NCBI GenBank assembly: GCA_037443365.1
Contig: JBBIOM010000006.1
Coordinates: 8,642 to 72,641 of the forward strand
Direction: 5' to 3'
Source of the DNA: Armatimonadota bacterium
GTDB taxonomy: Bacteria; Sysuimicrobiota; Sysuimicrobiia; Sysuimicrobiales; Humicultoraceae
DNA: 64,000 bases
Part shown: positions 8,721 through 17,321 of the stretch, one piece after another
Position numbering within the stretch: position 1 is the stretch's first letter
Layout of the letters: every line of letters begins with the position of its first letter
The notes under the pieces: generated by a model
What the model was told of the DNA's origin: nothing
What the model saw: the letters and a program-made list of their open reading frames with translations, nothing else
Database searches by the model: none
Translations under genes and position numbers: made by a program

Positions 8721-10271
8721 ATGAAAGCGTTCGCTCGTCTGCTCACCGCAGTGACGCTGCTTGCCGTGGTTGCAGGTCTGCTGGCGCCTGCCGGCGCCCA
8801 GGACCGTGTGCTCGCCTTCGCCCTCGACACCGAGGCGTTCCGCAGGCCCGAGGCCGAGGCGATCGCCGACAACCTGCGCGCGATAGGCGCTCAGGTGGAG
8901 GTGCGCGTCTGGGAGCGCACCAGCATGATCGCCCGCATCCAGGCAGGCGAGCGCCTGGCCTACCTGACCGACTGGGGGAGCGCGTTCTTCGAGCCGTTCG
9001 ACCTGGCCGAGCCCAAGTTCACGACGCGTGGGCGGGGCAACTACTCGTTCTACTCCAACAAGGATGTGGACGGCCTGCTCGTGGTCGGCTCCACAGGGGC
9101 GGACAACGCCGCGCGCCGCGAGGCATACGTGAAGGTGCAGGAGATCCTGTTTCGCGAGGCGCCCTGGATCTTCGGGTACTTCCGTCAGGATACCCACGGG
9201 GCCAGCGCCGTCGTCGAGAACTGGGAAGCCTCGATGGACAGCCGCGTCAACCTGCACGACGTGCGCCTCAGCCGCGGCGGGGTCGCCGTGGTCGCGATGA
9301 ACACGAACGCGATCGTCACCTTCGATCCGGCGATGTTTCGCGACCGCAAGACCGAGACGGTGCTGCGCAACATCTTCGACGCACTGGTCACGCGGACCAC
9401 GAAGGACCGCGTGGTGCTCGAGCTGGCCTCGGCGATGCGCCAGCCCTCGCCCACGACCTACGAGTTCACGGTACGTTCGGGCGTGACCTTCCACAACGGC
9501 GATCCGCTCACCGCCGAGGACGTGGTCTTCACCTTTGAGCGGATCCTCAAGGACGGTGGGGTCGGAGGAGTGAGCAGCCCCCGCCGCGCGCTGCTGGGCC
9601 CGCTCGACCGTGTGGAGCGCGTGGGCGACAACGTCGTGCGGTTCACCCTGTCCAGCCCGTTCCCGGCCTTCCTGCAGGCGCTGGTGCACTTCCAGATCGT
9701 GCCCAAGCGCTACATCCAGACGGCCGGCGACCGAGCCTTCGCCGAGAGGCCGGTAGGGACCGGGCCGTTCAAGTACCTGGCCGGCCGCGTGGATTCCCAG
9801 ATCGTGCTGGAGCGCTACGAGAACTACTACGGCGGCGCGCCCGAACTGCCGCCGGTGGGCCCGGCGCCGCTGCGTGGCGTTGTGTTTCGGATGATGCCTG
9901 AGCCGGCAACGCGCGTGGCCGCGCTCAAGGCCGGCGAGGTGCACATCATCGAGGACCTGCCCGTGGACCTGATCACCGAGATCGAGCGCGATCCCCGCAC
10001 CGAGGTCAAGGCCACCCAGGGGACCCGCGCCTCGGGTGTCGAGCTGAACAACGCCCGTCCGCCGTTCAACGAGGTGAAGGTCCGCCAGGCCCTCAACCAC
10101 GCGGTCAACTGGGACGCTATCCTCAAGGCCATCTACAGGGGCTATGCCACCCGACTGGCGACGGCGTTCCTGCCCAGCGGGTTCGGCTACGACCCGCGCC
10201 TGAAGCCGTACCCCTTCGACCAGGCGCGGGCGCGGGCACTGCTGAGGGAGGCGGGCTACACGGTTCGGTAA
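8721..10271 (+). CDS. Peptide/nickel ABC substrate-binding protein (family 5), circularly permuted
   Basis: Signal peptide; motifs GVTFHNGDPLTAEDVVFT, PVGTGPF, RQALNHAVN. The usual C-terminal motifs lie at the N-terminus. Confidence 0.9.
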   Translation: MKAFARLLTAVTLLAVVAGLLAPAGAQDRVLAFALDTEAFRRPEAEAIADNLRAIGAQVEVRVWERTSMIARIQAGERLAYLTDWGSAFFEPFDLAEPKFTTRGRGNYSFYSNKDVDGLLVVGSTGADNAARREAYVKVQEILFREAPWIFGYFRQDTHGASAVVENWEASMDSRVNLHDVRLSRGGVAVVAMNTNAIVTFDPAMFRDRKTETVLRNIFDALVTRTTKDRVVLELASAMRQPSPTTYEFTVRSGVTFHNGDPLTAEDVVFTFERILKDGGVGGVSSPRRALLGPLDRVERVGDNVVRFTLSSPFPAFLQALVHFQIVPKRYIQTAGDRAFAERPVGTGPFKYLAGRVDSQIVLERYENYYGGAPELPPVGPAPLRGVVFRMMPEPATRVAALKAGEVHIIEDLPVDLITEIERDPRTEVKATQGTRASGVELNNARPPFNEVKVRQALNHAVNWDAILKAIYRGYATRLATAFLPSGFGYDPRLKPYPFDQARARALLREAGYTVR

Positions 10272-10277
10272 CCGGAG

Positions 10278-11288
10278 GTGCGCACACTCGTTCTGGCGCG
10301 CCGCATGCTGAACACGATCCCGATCATGCTCGGGGTCGCGGTGATCGTCTTCATCGTGATGCGGCTGCTCCCGGGCGATCCAGTGGACATCATGCTCGGA
10401 CAGACGGGGGCGGTCTCACAGCAGGACCTGGACCGCCTCCGTCGGGACTTCCACCTCGACCGGCCGTTGGGCGAGCAACTGGTGCGCTTCGTGGCCGACG
10501 CCGCCCGTGGGGATTTCGGCACCTCGTTTGCGCGCCGCCGGCCGGTCTTCACCATGCTCCTCGAAGCCCTGCCGGCGACCGTCGAGCTGGCGCTGGCAGC
10601 CACGGCCGTCGCCCTGTTGATTGCCCTGCCTATTGGCGTTCTCTCGGCGGTGTACCAGCGCTCGTGGCTGGACCGGCTGGCGATGGGCGGCGCGTTCCTG
10701 GGCATCTCGATGCCCGCCTTCTGGCTGGGAATCATGGCCATAATCCTCTTCGCGGTCAGGATCGGCTGGTTTCCGACCTCAGGCCGGGTGAGTCACGAGG
10801 TTCTCCTGGTGCCCGTGACCGGGTTCCTCTTGCTGGACAGCGTGCTCACGCGCAACTGGGCCGCGTTTTGGGACGTTGCGAGGCACCTCACCCTTCCGGC
10901 CATTGTCCTGGGCGCCAGCATGATGGCCATCGTGGCCCGGGTGACGCGTTCCAGCATGGTGGAGGTGATGCGCGAGCAGTACGTGACCACCGCGCGGTCC
11001 AAGGGCCTGGCCGGCCGCGTCGTGGTGTGGCGCCACGCGCTGCGCAACGCCCTCATCCCGACCGTGACCGTTGTCGGGTTGCAGATAGGGGTGTTGCTGG
11101 GCGGCAACATGATCGTCGAGACGGTATTCGGATGGCCGGGGATGGGCCGCATGGTCGTGGACGCGATCTTCAGCCGCGACTACCCGGTGGTGCAGGGCGC
11201 GGTCATGCTTTACGCGTTTACATTCGTGCTGGCGAACCTGGCGGTGGACCTTTGCTACATATACCTGGACCCGCGTATCTCACTGTAG
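10278..11288 (+). CDS. Peptide ABC permease, DppB/OppB type
   Basis: Motifs LPGDP, YVTTARSKGL, HALRNALIP, ETVFGWPGMG, DYPVVQG. Confidence 0.93.
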   Translation: MRTLVLARRMLNTIPIMLGVAVIVFIVMRLLPGDPVDIMLGQTGAVSQQDLDRLRRDFHLDRPLGEQLVRFVADAARGDFGTSFARRRPVFTMLLEALPATVELALAATAVALLIALPIGVLSAVYQRSWLDRLAMGGAFLGISMPAFWLGIMAIILFAVRIGWFPTSGRVSHEVLLVPVTGFLLLDSVLTRNWAAFWDVARHLTLPAIVLGASMMAIVARVTRSSMVEVMREQYVTTARSKGLAGRVVVWRHALRNALIPTVTVVGLQIGVLLGGNMIVETVFGWPGMGRMVVDAIFSRDYPVVQGAVMLYAFTFVLANLAVDLCYIYLDPRISL

Positions 11289-11306
11289 CGGCACAGGCGT
11301 GAAGGA

Positions 11307-12209
11307 ATGGCGCCAGTAGCCGCAGAGGTCTCACCCCGCAGGCCCAAGCGCCGTGGCATCTGGCTCACCCTGACCCGGCTGGCGCGCCATCCCTCGGCCG
11401 TCACCGGGGCGGTGGTCGTGGCCGCAATCGCGCTCATGGCGGCGTTCGCGCCGGGCATTTCGCCCTTCGATCCGGGCGCTTCGCGTCTGGAGAACCGGCT
11501 GGCCCCACCTTCCTGGATGCCAGAGGGCGCCCCAACGCACCTGCTCGGCACCGACGGCCTGGGCCGTGACGTGTGGTCGCGCATCATACACGGCAGCAGG
11601 GTCTCGCTGCTCGTCGGGGTGACGGCAACGGTGATGTCGTTGATCCCGGGCCTGGTGCTGGGCCTGGCCGCCGGGTTCTTCCGCGGGCCCACGGACGGCC
11701 TCATCTCGCGCTTCGCCGAGCTGCTCATGGCATTCCCCCACCTGATCTTCGCCATCGGCGTCATGGCGGCGCTGGGACCGGGCTTCTGGAATCTCGTGAT
11801 GGCGCTGGCCTTCAAGGGCTGGGTGGAGTTCTACCGCGTGGCGCGCGGCGACACCCTCAGCCAGGGCACGCGCGAGTACGTGGACGCCGCCCGGGCGCTG
11901 GGCGCGTCCAACAGCCGGATCCTGGGCCGGCACATCCTCCCCAACATGATTCACACGAGCGTGGTGCTTGGCACCCTTCGCATGGGGCACTTCATCGTGC
12001 TCGAAGCGTCGCTGTCGTTCCTGGGCATGGGGCTGCCCCCGCGCCTGCCGGCATGGGGTTCGATGGTGGCCGATGGTCGCGAGGTGATGCTAACCGCCTG
12101 GTGGGTCTCCACCTTCCCGGGGCTCGCGATAGTTGCGCTGGTTCTGGCGGTGAACCTCATCGGTGAAGGGCTGCGCGACGTGCTGGATCCGCGCCTGGGG
12201 ATGGGGTAG
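11307..12209 (+). CDS. Peptide ABC permease, DppC/OppC type
   Basis: Motifs HLLGTDGLGRD, EYVDAARALGAS, EASLSFLGMG, GEGLRDVLDP. Confidence 0.93.
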   Translation: MAPVAAEVSPRRPKRRGIWLTLTRLARHPSAVTGAVVVAAIALMAAFAPGISPFDPGASRLENRLAPPSWMPEGAPTHLLGTDGLGRDVWSRIIHGSRVSLLVGVTATVMSLIPGLVLGLAAGFFRGPTDGLISRFAELLMAFPHLIFAIGVMAALGPGFWNLVMALAFKGWVEFYRVARGDTLSQGTREYVDAARALGASNSRILGRHILPNMIHTSVVLGTLRMGHFIVLEASLSFLGMGLPPRLPAWGSMVADGREVMLTAWWVSTFPGLAIVALVLAVNLIGEGLRDVLDPRLGMG

Positions 12210-12315
12210 GGCGCAGAGAGCGCCGCCGCGACAGACCTCGCCTTCCTCCTTGCACAGGGTCGTAGAATATGGTCTACTAGGGTGTAGATATCCACCTACC
12301 TACTGGGGGGTTACG

Positions 12316-13359
12316 GTGAAGGTCGTCGACCTGACCGCTCCCTCGCAGGGTCTGCGCGTGCGCATAGATCCTTCACCTGCCTACGACTTCCTGGCCTGCC
12401 TCTACCTGCTGGAGCGCAGCGAGGAGGGCTGGGGGTTCGAGGTCTCATCCGACTGGGTCGAGGGCGCGCGCCGCGCCCTGGGGGCCGACCGGCTCGCCGA
12501 CCTCGCGCTCTTCTTCCCCAGGCTCGGGCCGACCCTGGGCCTGGTGGGCGTGCTAGAGCACACGCCGGGGCTGTCGGTGCCCGCCTTCATCAAGCGCATC
12601 CAGTCCACGCCGGCCGAAGCGCTGCTCGAGCTGATGCTGGCCGGGGCCCTGCCGGACCGGCAGGAGCTGCCGCTGCTGCGCGCCGCGATCGGAGGATCTG
12701 GTGACGCCATCGAGGCGTTTCTCGCGGTCACGCACTCGGAGGCCGAGATCGAGTCGCTGCGCCGGCTTGTGGCGATACCACCCTCGGCTGCGAAGTCCCG
12801 ATTGGTGCGCCTGCTGCGCGAGGGCCACGCCCGCGTCTACGCGCACGAGGAGGCCCGGATCGTGCCCCTGCTCGAGGCGGCCGCGGCCGCGCTCGAGCGC
12901 CGCGGGCCGGCTTCCAGCGGCGCCGAGCTGGTGGAGCAGGCGACCGGCGGGTTCGTTCTGGATCCCCGCGCTCCCATCACAGGGGTGGTCCTCGCGCCCA
13001 CGTACTTCTTCCGGCCGTACAACCTGATCACCGCCTACAACGGCGTCCGCGTGTTCATCTATCCGATCGAGATGGAGCCCGCGGGGAACGCGCCGCCCGA
13101 GCTGTTGCGCCTCTACAAGGCCCTGGGCGACGAGACGCGGCTGCGCATCCTGCGGCTGCTGGCCGGCCGGGAGATGTACCTCCAGGAGCTGGCGAAGGCG
13201 CTGGGAGTATCGCACGTGACCGTCCACCATCACATGGCGATGCTGCGCGCGGCGCACCTGGTGCGGGTGGTCGAGCGCGACAACCTCAAGTTCTACCGGC
13301 TCCGGGCCGACCGCGCGCGCGAGGCGGCGTCCCAGTGGCTCGAGTTCGCGAAGACGTAG
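12316..13359 (+). CDS. ArsR/SmtB family regulator with a large N-terminal domain
   Basis: C-terminal KALGDETRLRIL...ELAKALGVSHVTVHHHM HTH. Confidence 0.85.
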   Translation: MKVVDLTAPSQGLRVRIDPSPAYDFLACLYLLERSEEGWGFEVSSDWVEGARRALGADRLADLALFFPRLGPTLGLVGVLEHTPGLSVPAFIKRIQSTPAEALLELMLAGALPDRQELPLLRAAIGGSGDAIEAFLAVTHSEAEIESLRRLVAIPPSAAKSRLVRLLREGHARVYAHEEARIVPLLEAAAAALERRGPASSGAELVEQATGGFVLDPRAPITGVVLAPTYFFRPYNLITAYNGVRVFIYPIEMEPAGNAPPELLRLYKALGDETRLRILRLLAGREMYLQELAKALGVSHVTVHHHMAMLRAAHLVRVVERDNLKFYRLRADRAREAASQWLEFAKT

Positions 13360-13373
13360 GGGGTGCTGTTAGG

Positions 13374-13595
13374 GTGCGTAGCCGCGCGCCGCTATCGGAC
13401 CAGGAGATACTGACGGTCGAGCAGGCGGCCGAGTACCTCCAGATCCACAGGATCACGCTCTACAGGTACATTCGCGAGGGACTGCTGCCAGCCGTCAGGC
13501 TGGGGAAGATGTACCGCCTCTTCCGCCGCGACATCGAGGCGTTCCTCGATACCCAGCGGCAGCGGGCCGAACCCGTCGAGGCCGGAGGAGAATGA
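13374..13595 (+). CDS. Excisionase-family (HTH_17) DNA-binding protein
   Basis: LTVEQAAEYLQIHRITLYRYIREGLLPAVRLG. Confidence 0.85.
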   Translation: MRSRAPLSDQEILTVEQAAEYLQIHRITLYRYIREGLLPAVRLGKMYRLFRRDIEAFLDTQRQRAEPVEAGGE

Positions 13596-14878
13596 CCCTC
13601 GCCGGTATCGGGGCCGCGCCCACCTTCAGGGCGCTGCGCCACCCGAACTACCGGCTGTTCTGGTGGGGCGGCCTCGTCTCCCTGACAGGATCCTGGGGCC
13701 AGACCACGGCCCTTTCCTGGCTCGTCTACGACCTAACCGGATCGCCCCTGATGCTGGGGACCGTGATGATGGTGAACACCATCCCCACCATGCTCCTGGC
13801 GCTCGTGGGAGGGGTCATCGCCGACCGGTCCGAGAAGCGCCACGTGCTCCTTGCAAGTCAGGGGACCTTCATGGCGATCTCGCTGGTCCTGGCGATCCTG
13901 ACGCTTGGGGGCCGGATAGCGGTCTGGCAGATCCTCGTGCTGGGCGCGATCGGGGGGATCGCCTCGGCGATAGACATGCCTGCCCGGCAGTCGCTGATCC
14001 CGCACCTGGTCGGGCGGGATGACCTGCTGAACGCCATAGCGCTGAACTCGGCGATGTTCAACGGATCGCGGATCATCGGCCCCGCGATAGCCGGGTTCAT
14101 CATCGGCGAGCTGGGCCCGCGCAGCGGTCCTGGGTTCTGCTTCGCCATCAACACGATCACCTACATGGCCGTGCTGGGCGCGCTTGCCACGATCCGCGTG
14201 AACTCCCGGCCGCCCTCTGGTCGGCGGCAGCGCGTGCTGCGCGAGGTCCGGGAGGGCGTGGCCTTCGCCTGGCAGCAGCGGGCGGTGCGCCGGTTCCTGG
14301 GGCTTCTGGCTGTCACGGGCGTGTTCGGGCTGTCGTTCACGGTCCTGATGCCGGTCTTCGCGCGCGACGTGCTGCGCGTGCCCGCCCAAGGGTTCGGGAT
14401 GCTGATGACCGCAAGCGGGCTGGGCGCCACGATCGGGGTGCTCGCGCTGGCCTCGTCAAGGCCCCAGAGCCCGGGGAACGTCATCATGGGCACGCAGGCC
14501 GCGTTCGTCGTACTCCTGGCCGCGTTCGCGTCAAGCTCGACCTACGCCCTGTCGCTGGCGCTCATGGTTGCGTTGAGCGGCGCGATGACCTCCTACCTGT
14601 CCTCCACCAACACGACGATCCAGGCAATCGTGCCGGATGCGCTGCGCGGCCGCGTGATGAGCATCTACATACTGGCGTTCTTCGGCACCGCGCCGCTGGG
14701 AGGCCTGCTCATGGGATCCCTGGCCTCGGCCGCGGGCGCGCGGGCCGCGGTGCTCATCGGCGCGTCGGTGTGCGCCGCAGCAGGCCTGGCGGCCTGGCTG
14801 GCCGGCCGGAGGGACTCACCTGCCTGGGCGCAGGTGAGCGGTCCGCGCGGCGCGGATAGTCCCACGCTTCCTGTTTGA
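13592..14878 (+). CDS. MFS transporter
   Basis: About 12 TM segments; motifs FRALRHPNYR, GVIADR, IDMPARQ, LRGRVMS. Confidence 0.92.
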   Translation: MTLAGIGAAPTFRALRHPNYRLFWWGGLVSLTGSWGQTTALSWLVYDLTGSPLMLGTVMMVNTIPTMLLALVGGVIADRSEKRHVLLASQGTFMAISLVLAILTLGGRIAVWQILVLGAIGGIASAIDMPARQSLIPHLVGRDDLLNAIALNSAMFNGSRIIGPAIAGFIIGELGPRSGPGFCFAINTITYMAVLGALATIRVNSRPPSGRRQRVLREVREGVAFAWQQRAVRRFLGLLAVTGVFGLSFTVLMPVFARDVLRVPAQGFGMLMTASGLGATIGVLALASSRPQSPGNVIMGTQAAFVVLLAAFASSSTYALSLALMVALSGAMTSYLSSTNTTIQAIVPDALRGRVMSIYILAFFGTAPLGGLLMGSLASAAGARAAVLIGASVCAAAGLAAWLAGRRDSPAWAQVSGPRGADSPTLPV

Positions 14879-16591
14879 GCCGGCTCCGTACCGGGCCAGG
14901 TCGATCCGGCCCGAGCGTGCGAACCGCACGCCCTCACGGCGCAGCCGCCGCCTCTGCGCCGCGGCGAACTGGCGGTTGGCGAGGGTCCCGTCGCCGCGCA
15001 CAACGCGCCACCACGGCGCGGCTTCGCCGTCGGGCAGCGATGCCAGCGCCCAGCCAACGGTGCGCCCACCGTTTCGCAGCCCGACCATCCGGGCGATCTC
15101 GCCGTATGTGGTGACGCTCCCCGGCGGTATGCGCCGCACCGCGGCGTAGATGCGCTCGAACAGGCCGCGTGTTCCTGATCCGGGGGGGCCAGGCAGGCCG
15201 GGTCTGGTCATGGCATCATGGTCCAGGATCTCATTCAACTGCTCGACGCCGAGCCGCCCCGACGCCAGCGCAACCTCGCGCACTGTGCGGCCGGTCCGGG
15301 CGGCTTCGCCGGCGATCCTGGCCGCGGCGTCGTATCCGATGATTGGCGCGAGAGCCGCAGCCAGCATCGGGCCCTGCTCGACCAGCTCGGGTCCGCGACC
15401 GGTTGCCCGAAGCCCGCCCACGCACCGGCGGGCGAAGTTGCGCGATGCCGCGCCCAGCAGGGCGATCGCCCCGAGCAGGTTGTGAGCCATCACGGGCATC
15501 ATCGTGTTGAGCTCGAAGTTGCCCCACTGGTTGCCCTGGGCCACCACGGCGTCACCCCCGATGGCCTGGGCGCAGGCCTGGATGACCGACTCGGCGATGA
15601 CCGGGTTTGTCTTGCCCGGCATGATCGAGGACCCGGGCTGTACCGCCGGAAGCACCAGCTCGCCAAGACCAGCGTGTGGCCCAGATCCCATCCAGCGAAT
15701 GTCGTTGGCGATCTTGGCCAGCGCGGTGGCGTATGTCCGGACGGCTCCCGAGCAGAAGACCACCGCGTCCAGGCAGGCCTGCGCCTGGAAGTGCGCCGCG
15801 GTTTCACGCAGCGGGATGCCGGTTATCTCACCCAGGCGCGCGCACACCCGGGCCGCGAACTCGGGATGCGCGTTCATGCCCGATCCCACGGCGGTACCGC
15901 CCAGCGCCACCTCGCACAGCTCGGCCTCGGCGTAGCCGATCCTGCGCCCGGCGGACGCGACCTGGTCGGCGTATCCGGCGAACTCCTGCCCCAACCGCAC
16001 CGGCGTGGCGTCCATCAGGTGCGTGCGTCCTGTCTTTGTGATCGCGTGGAACTGGCGCGCCTTCTTGCGCAGCGCCGCCTCCAGCTCGTCGAGCGCCGGA
16101 CGCAGGTCCTCGCGCAGCAACAGGAGCGCCGCCAGGTGCAGCGCGGTGGGGATGACGTCGTTGCTCGACTGGCAGAGGTTCACGTGATCGTTGGGATGCA
16201 CGGCCCCGCCGCCGCGCGCGGCGCCCATCAGCTCGGCGGCGCGGGCGGCTATGACCTCGTTGGCGTTCATGTTCGTGGACGTGCCCGATCCGGTCTGGAA
16301 GACGTCGAGCGGGAACTCGGCGTCGAGCGCGCCGTCGGCGACCTCCTTGGCCGCGCGGATGATGGGCCTCGCGAGCCTGCGGTCGAGCAGACCCAGGTCG
16401 GCGTTGACCTCGGCCGCGGCGCGCTTGATCAGGCCCAACGCGCGCACGAACACGCGCGGGAAGCGCAGGCCGCTGATCGGGAAGTTCACAATGGCTCGGG
16501 CGGTAGCCGCGCCGTAGTAGGCCCGGGCCGGGACCTCCACGCTCCCCATGGAATCGCGCTCGAGGCGCGTCCTTCTCTTGCTGCCCGGCAT
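14816..16591 (-). CDS. fumC: Class II fumarate hydratase fused to a C-terminal alkyltransferase-like (ATL/MGMT-family) domain
   Basis: FumC motifs FQTGSGTSTNMN, GRTHLMDATP, GSSIMPGKTNP, followed in frame by IPPGSVTTYGEIA...RTVGWAL...PWWRVV. Confidence 0.88.
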   Translation of the reverse strand: MPGSKRRTRLERDSMGSVEVPARAYYGAATARAIVNFPISGLRFPRVFVRALGLIKRAAAEVNADLGLLDRRLARPIIRAAKEVADGALDAEFPLDVFQTGSGTSTNMNANEVIAARAAELMGAARGGGAVHPNDHVNLCQSSNDVIPTALHLAALLLLREDLRPALDELEAALRKKARQFHAITKTGRTHLMDATPVRLGQEFAGYADQVASAGRRIGYAEAELCEVALGGTAVGSGMNAHPEFAARVCARLGEITGIPLRETAAHFQAQACLDAVVFCSGAVRTYATALAKIANDIRWMGSGPHAGLGELVLPAVQPGSSIMPGKTNPVIAESVIQACAQAIGGDAVVAQGNQWGNFELNTMMPVMAHNLLGAIALLGAASRNFARRCVGGLRATGRGPELVEQGPMLAAALAPIIGYDAAARIAGEAARTGRTVREVALASGRLGVEQLNEILDHDAMTRPGLPGPPGSGTRGLFERIYAAVRRIPPGSVTTYGEIARMVGLRNGGRTVGWALASLPDGEAAPWWRVVRGDGTLANRQFAAAQRRRLRREGVRFARSGRIDLARYGAGSNRKRGTIRAARTAHLRPGR

Positions 16592-16603
16592 GCGCGAACC
16601 TCC

Positions 16604-16873
16604 TTACTGCCGGTAGATCTCCGCCCGATGCCGGACGCGATGGAGGACGACGTCCGACCCCGCGATGTCGTACCTGACCCGGTAGGGCCACATCTCAAGC
16701 CGCCACTGACCTACCCCCTTGCCCTTGAGCTTCTTGATCCTGGGCGGAGGACCGCATGGGATGGTCTCAAGAGGCCGGACCGCTTCGATGACGCGCGCCC
16801 GTACGGCCGGGGGAAGCGCTTCGAGGTCACGCAGAAAGCTCGGGGTGAGCCGGACGACGAAGCGGGACGGCAT
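16604..16873 (-). CDS. Type II toxin, RelE/ParE family
   Basis: 89 aa, basic, with IKKLKG...WRL..WPYRVRY; directly downstream of an antitoxin. Confidence 0.85.
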   Translation of the reverse strand: MPSRFVVRLTPSFLRDLEALPPAVRARVIEAVRPLETIPCGPPPRIKKLKGKGVGQWRLEMWPYRVRYDIAGSDVVLHRVRHRAEIYRQ

Positions 16874-16876
16874 CGT

Positions 16877-17164
16877 TCAGCGACTCCGCCGTCGGGACAG
16901 CGTGCGCCGCACGTATTCCCTCAGGCTGATGGCCTCGCCGGCCTTGTGCTCGGCTGCCGCCACTCGCAGGGTCTCCTGGAACTCGGGGTCGAGCTCCTCC
17001 AGCATGTCGTCGAAGTCCGTCGTCCCGATGAGCACGGCCGTCGGGCGGCCCCTGCGGGTGATGACGTAGCGCGCCTTCCGCTCAGCCACCCGCTTGAGGA
17101 GCGCTCCGAGCTGGGTCCGGGCGAGGTAGGCCGGGATCGTGGCTGTTGGGTTTCTCTTCTGCAT
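16877..17164 (-). CDS. Type II antitoxin, Phd/YefM family
   Basis: ARTQLGALLKRV...YVITRRGRPTAVLI followed by an acidic C-terminal part. Confidence 0.88.
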   Translation of the reverse strand: MQKRNPTATIPAYLARTQLGALLKRVAERKARYVITRRGRPTAVLIGTTDFDDMLEELDPEFQETLRVAAAEHKAGEAISLREYVRRTLSRRRSR

Positions 17165-17187
17165 GTCCTCTTCCTCTTGGGACTCTT

Positions 17188-17233
17188 TTGATTAATCAAT
17201 TCCCACGATACGCCGCGCACCTTGGCCAGTCAA
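17188..17233 (-). promoter_or_regulatory. Sigma70-type promoter and palindromic operator of the TA operon
   Basis: Minus strand TTGACT-N17-TATCGT (17233-17205), followed by the perfect palindrome TTGATTAATCAA (17188-17199). Confidence 0.65.
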
Positions 17234-17321
17234 GGCCCTCGGCCAGAAAGCATTCGCGCGAGCCGCGCCATCCGTGCTACCATGCTGGCTGCCAGGAAGA
17301 GGTCAGGTCCCGGAGCGCCAC

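Noticed and set aside
8721-12209. Peptide ABC operon lacking ATPase genes
   Set aside because: Sharing DppD/F-type ATPases encoded elsewhere is common and not notable by itself.
13374-13595. Excisionase as a sign of an integrative element
   Set aside because: No integrase or att-like repeats are seen around it.
15218-17191. 657-aa plus-strand ORF, and many other long antisense ORFs (e.g. 38600-40279, 24685-26181, 21560-22966)
   Set aside because: These are shadow frames opposite well-supported genes, expected in high-GC DNA, with no recognisable motifs.
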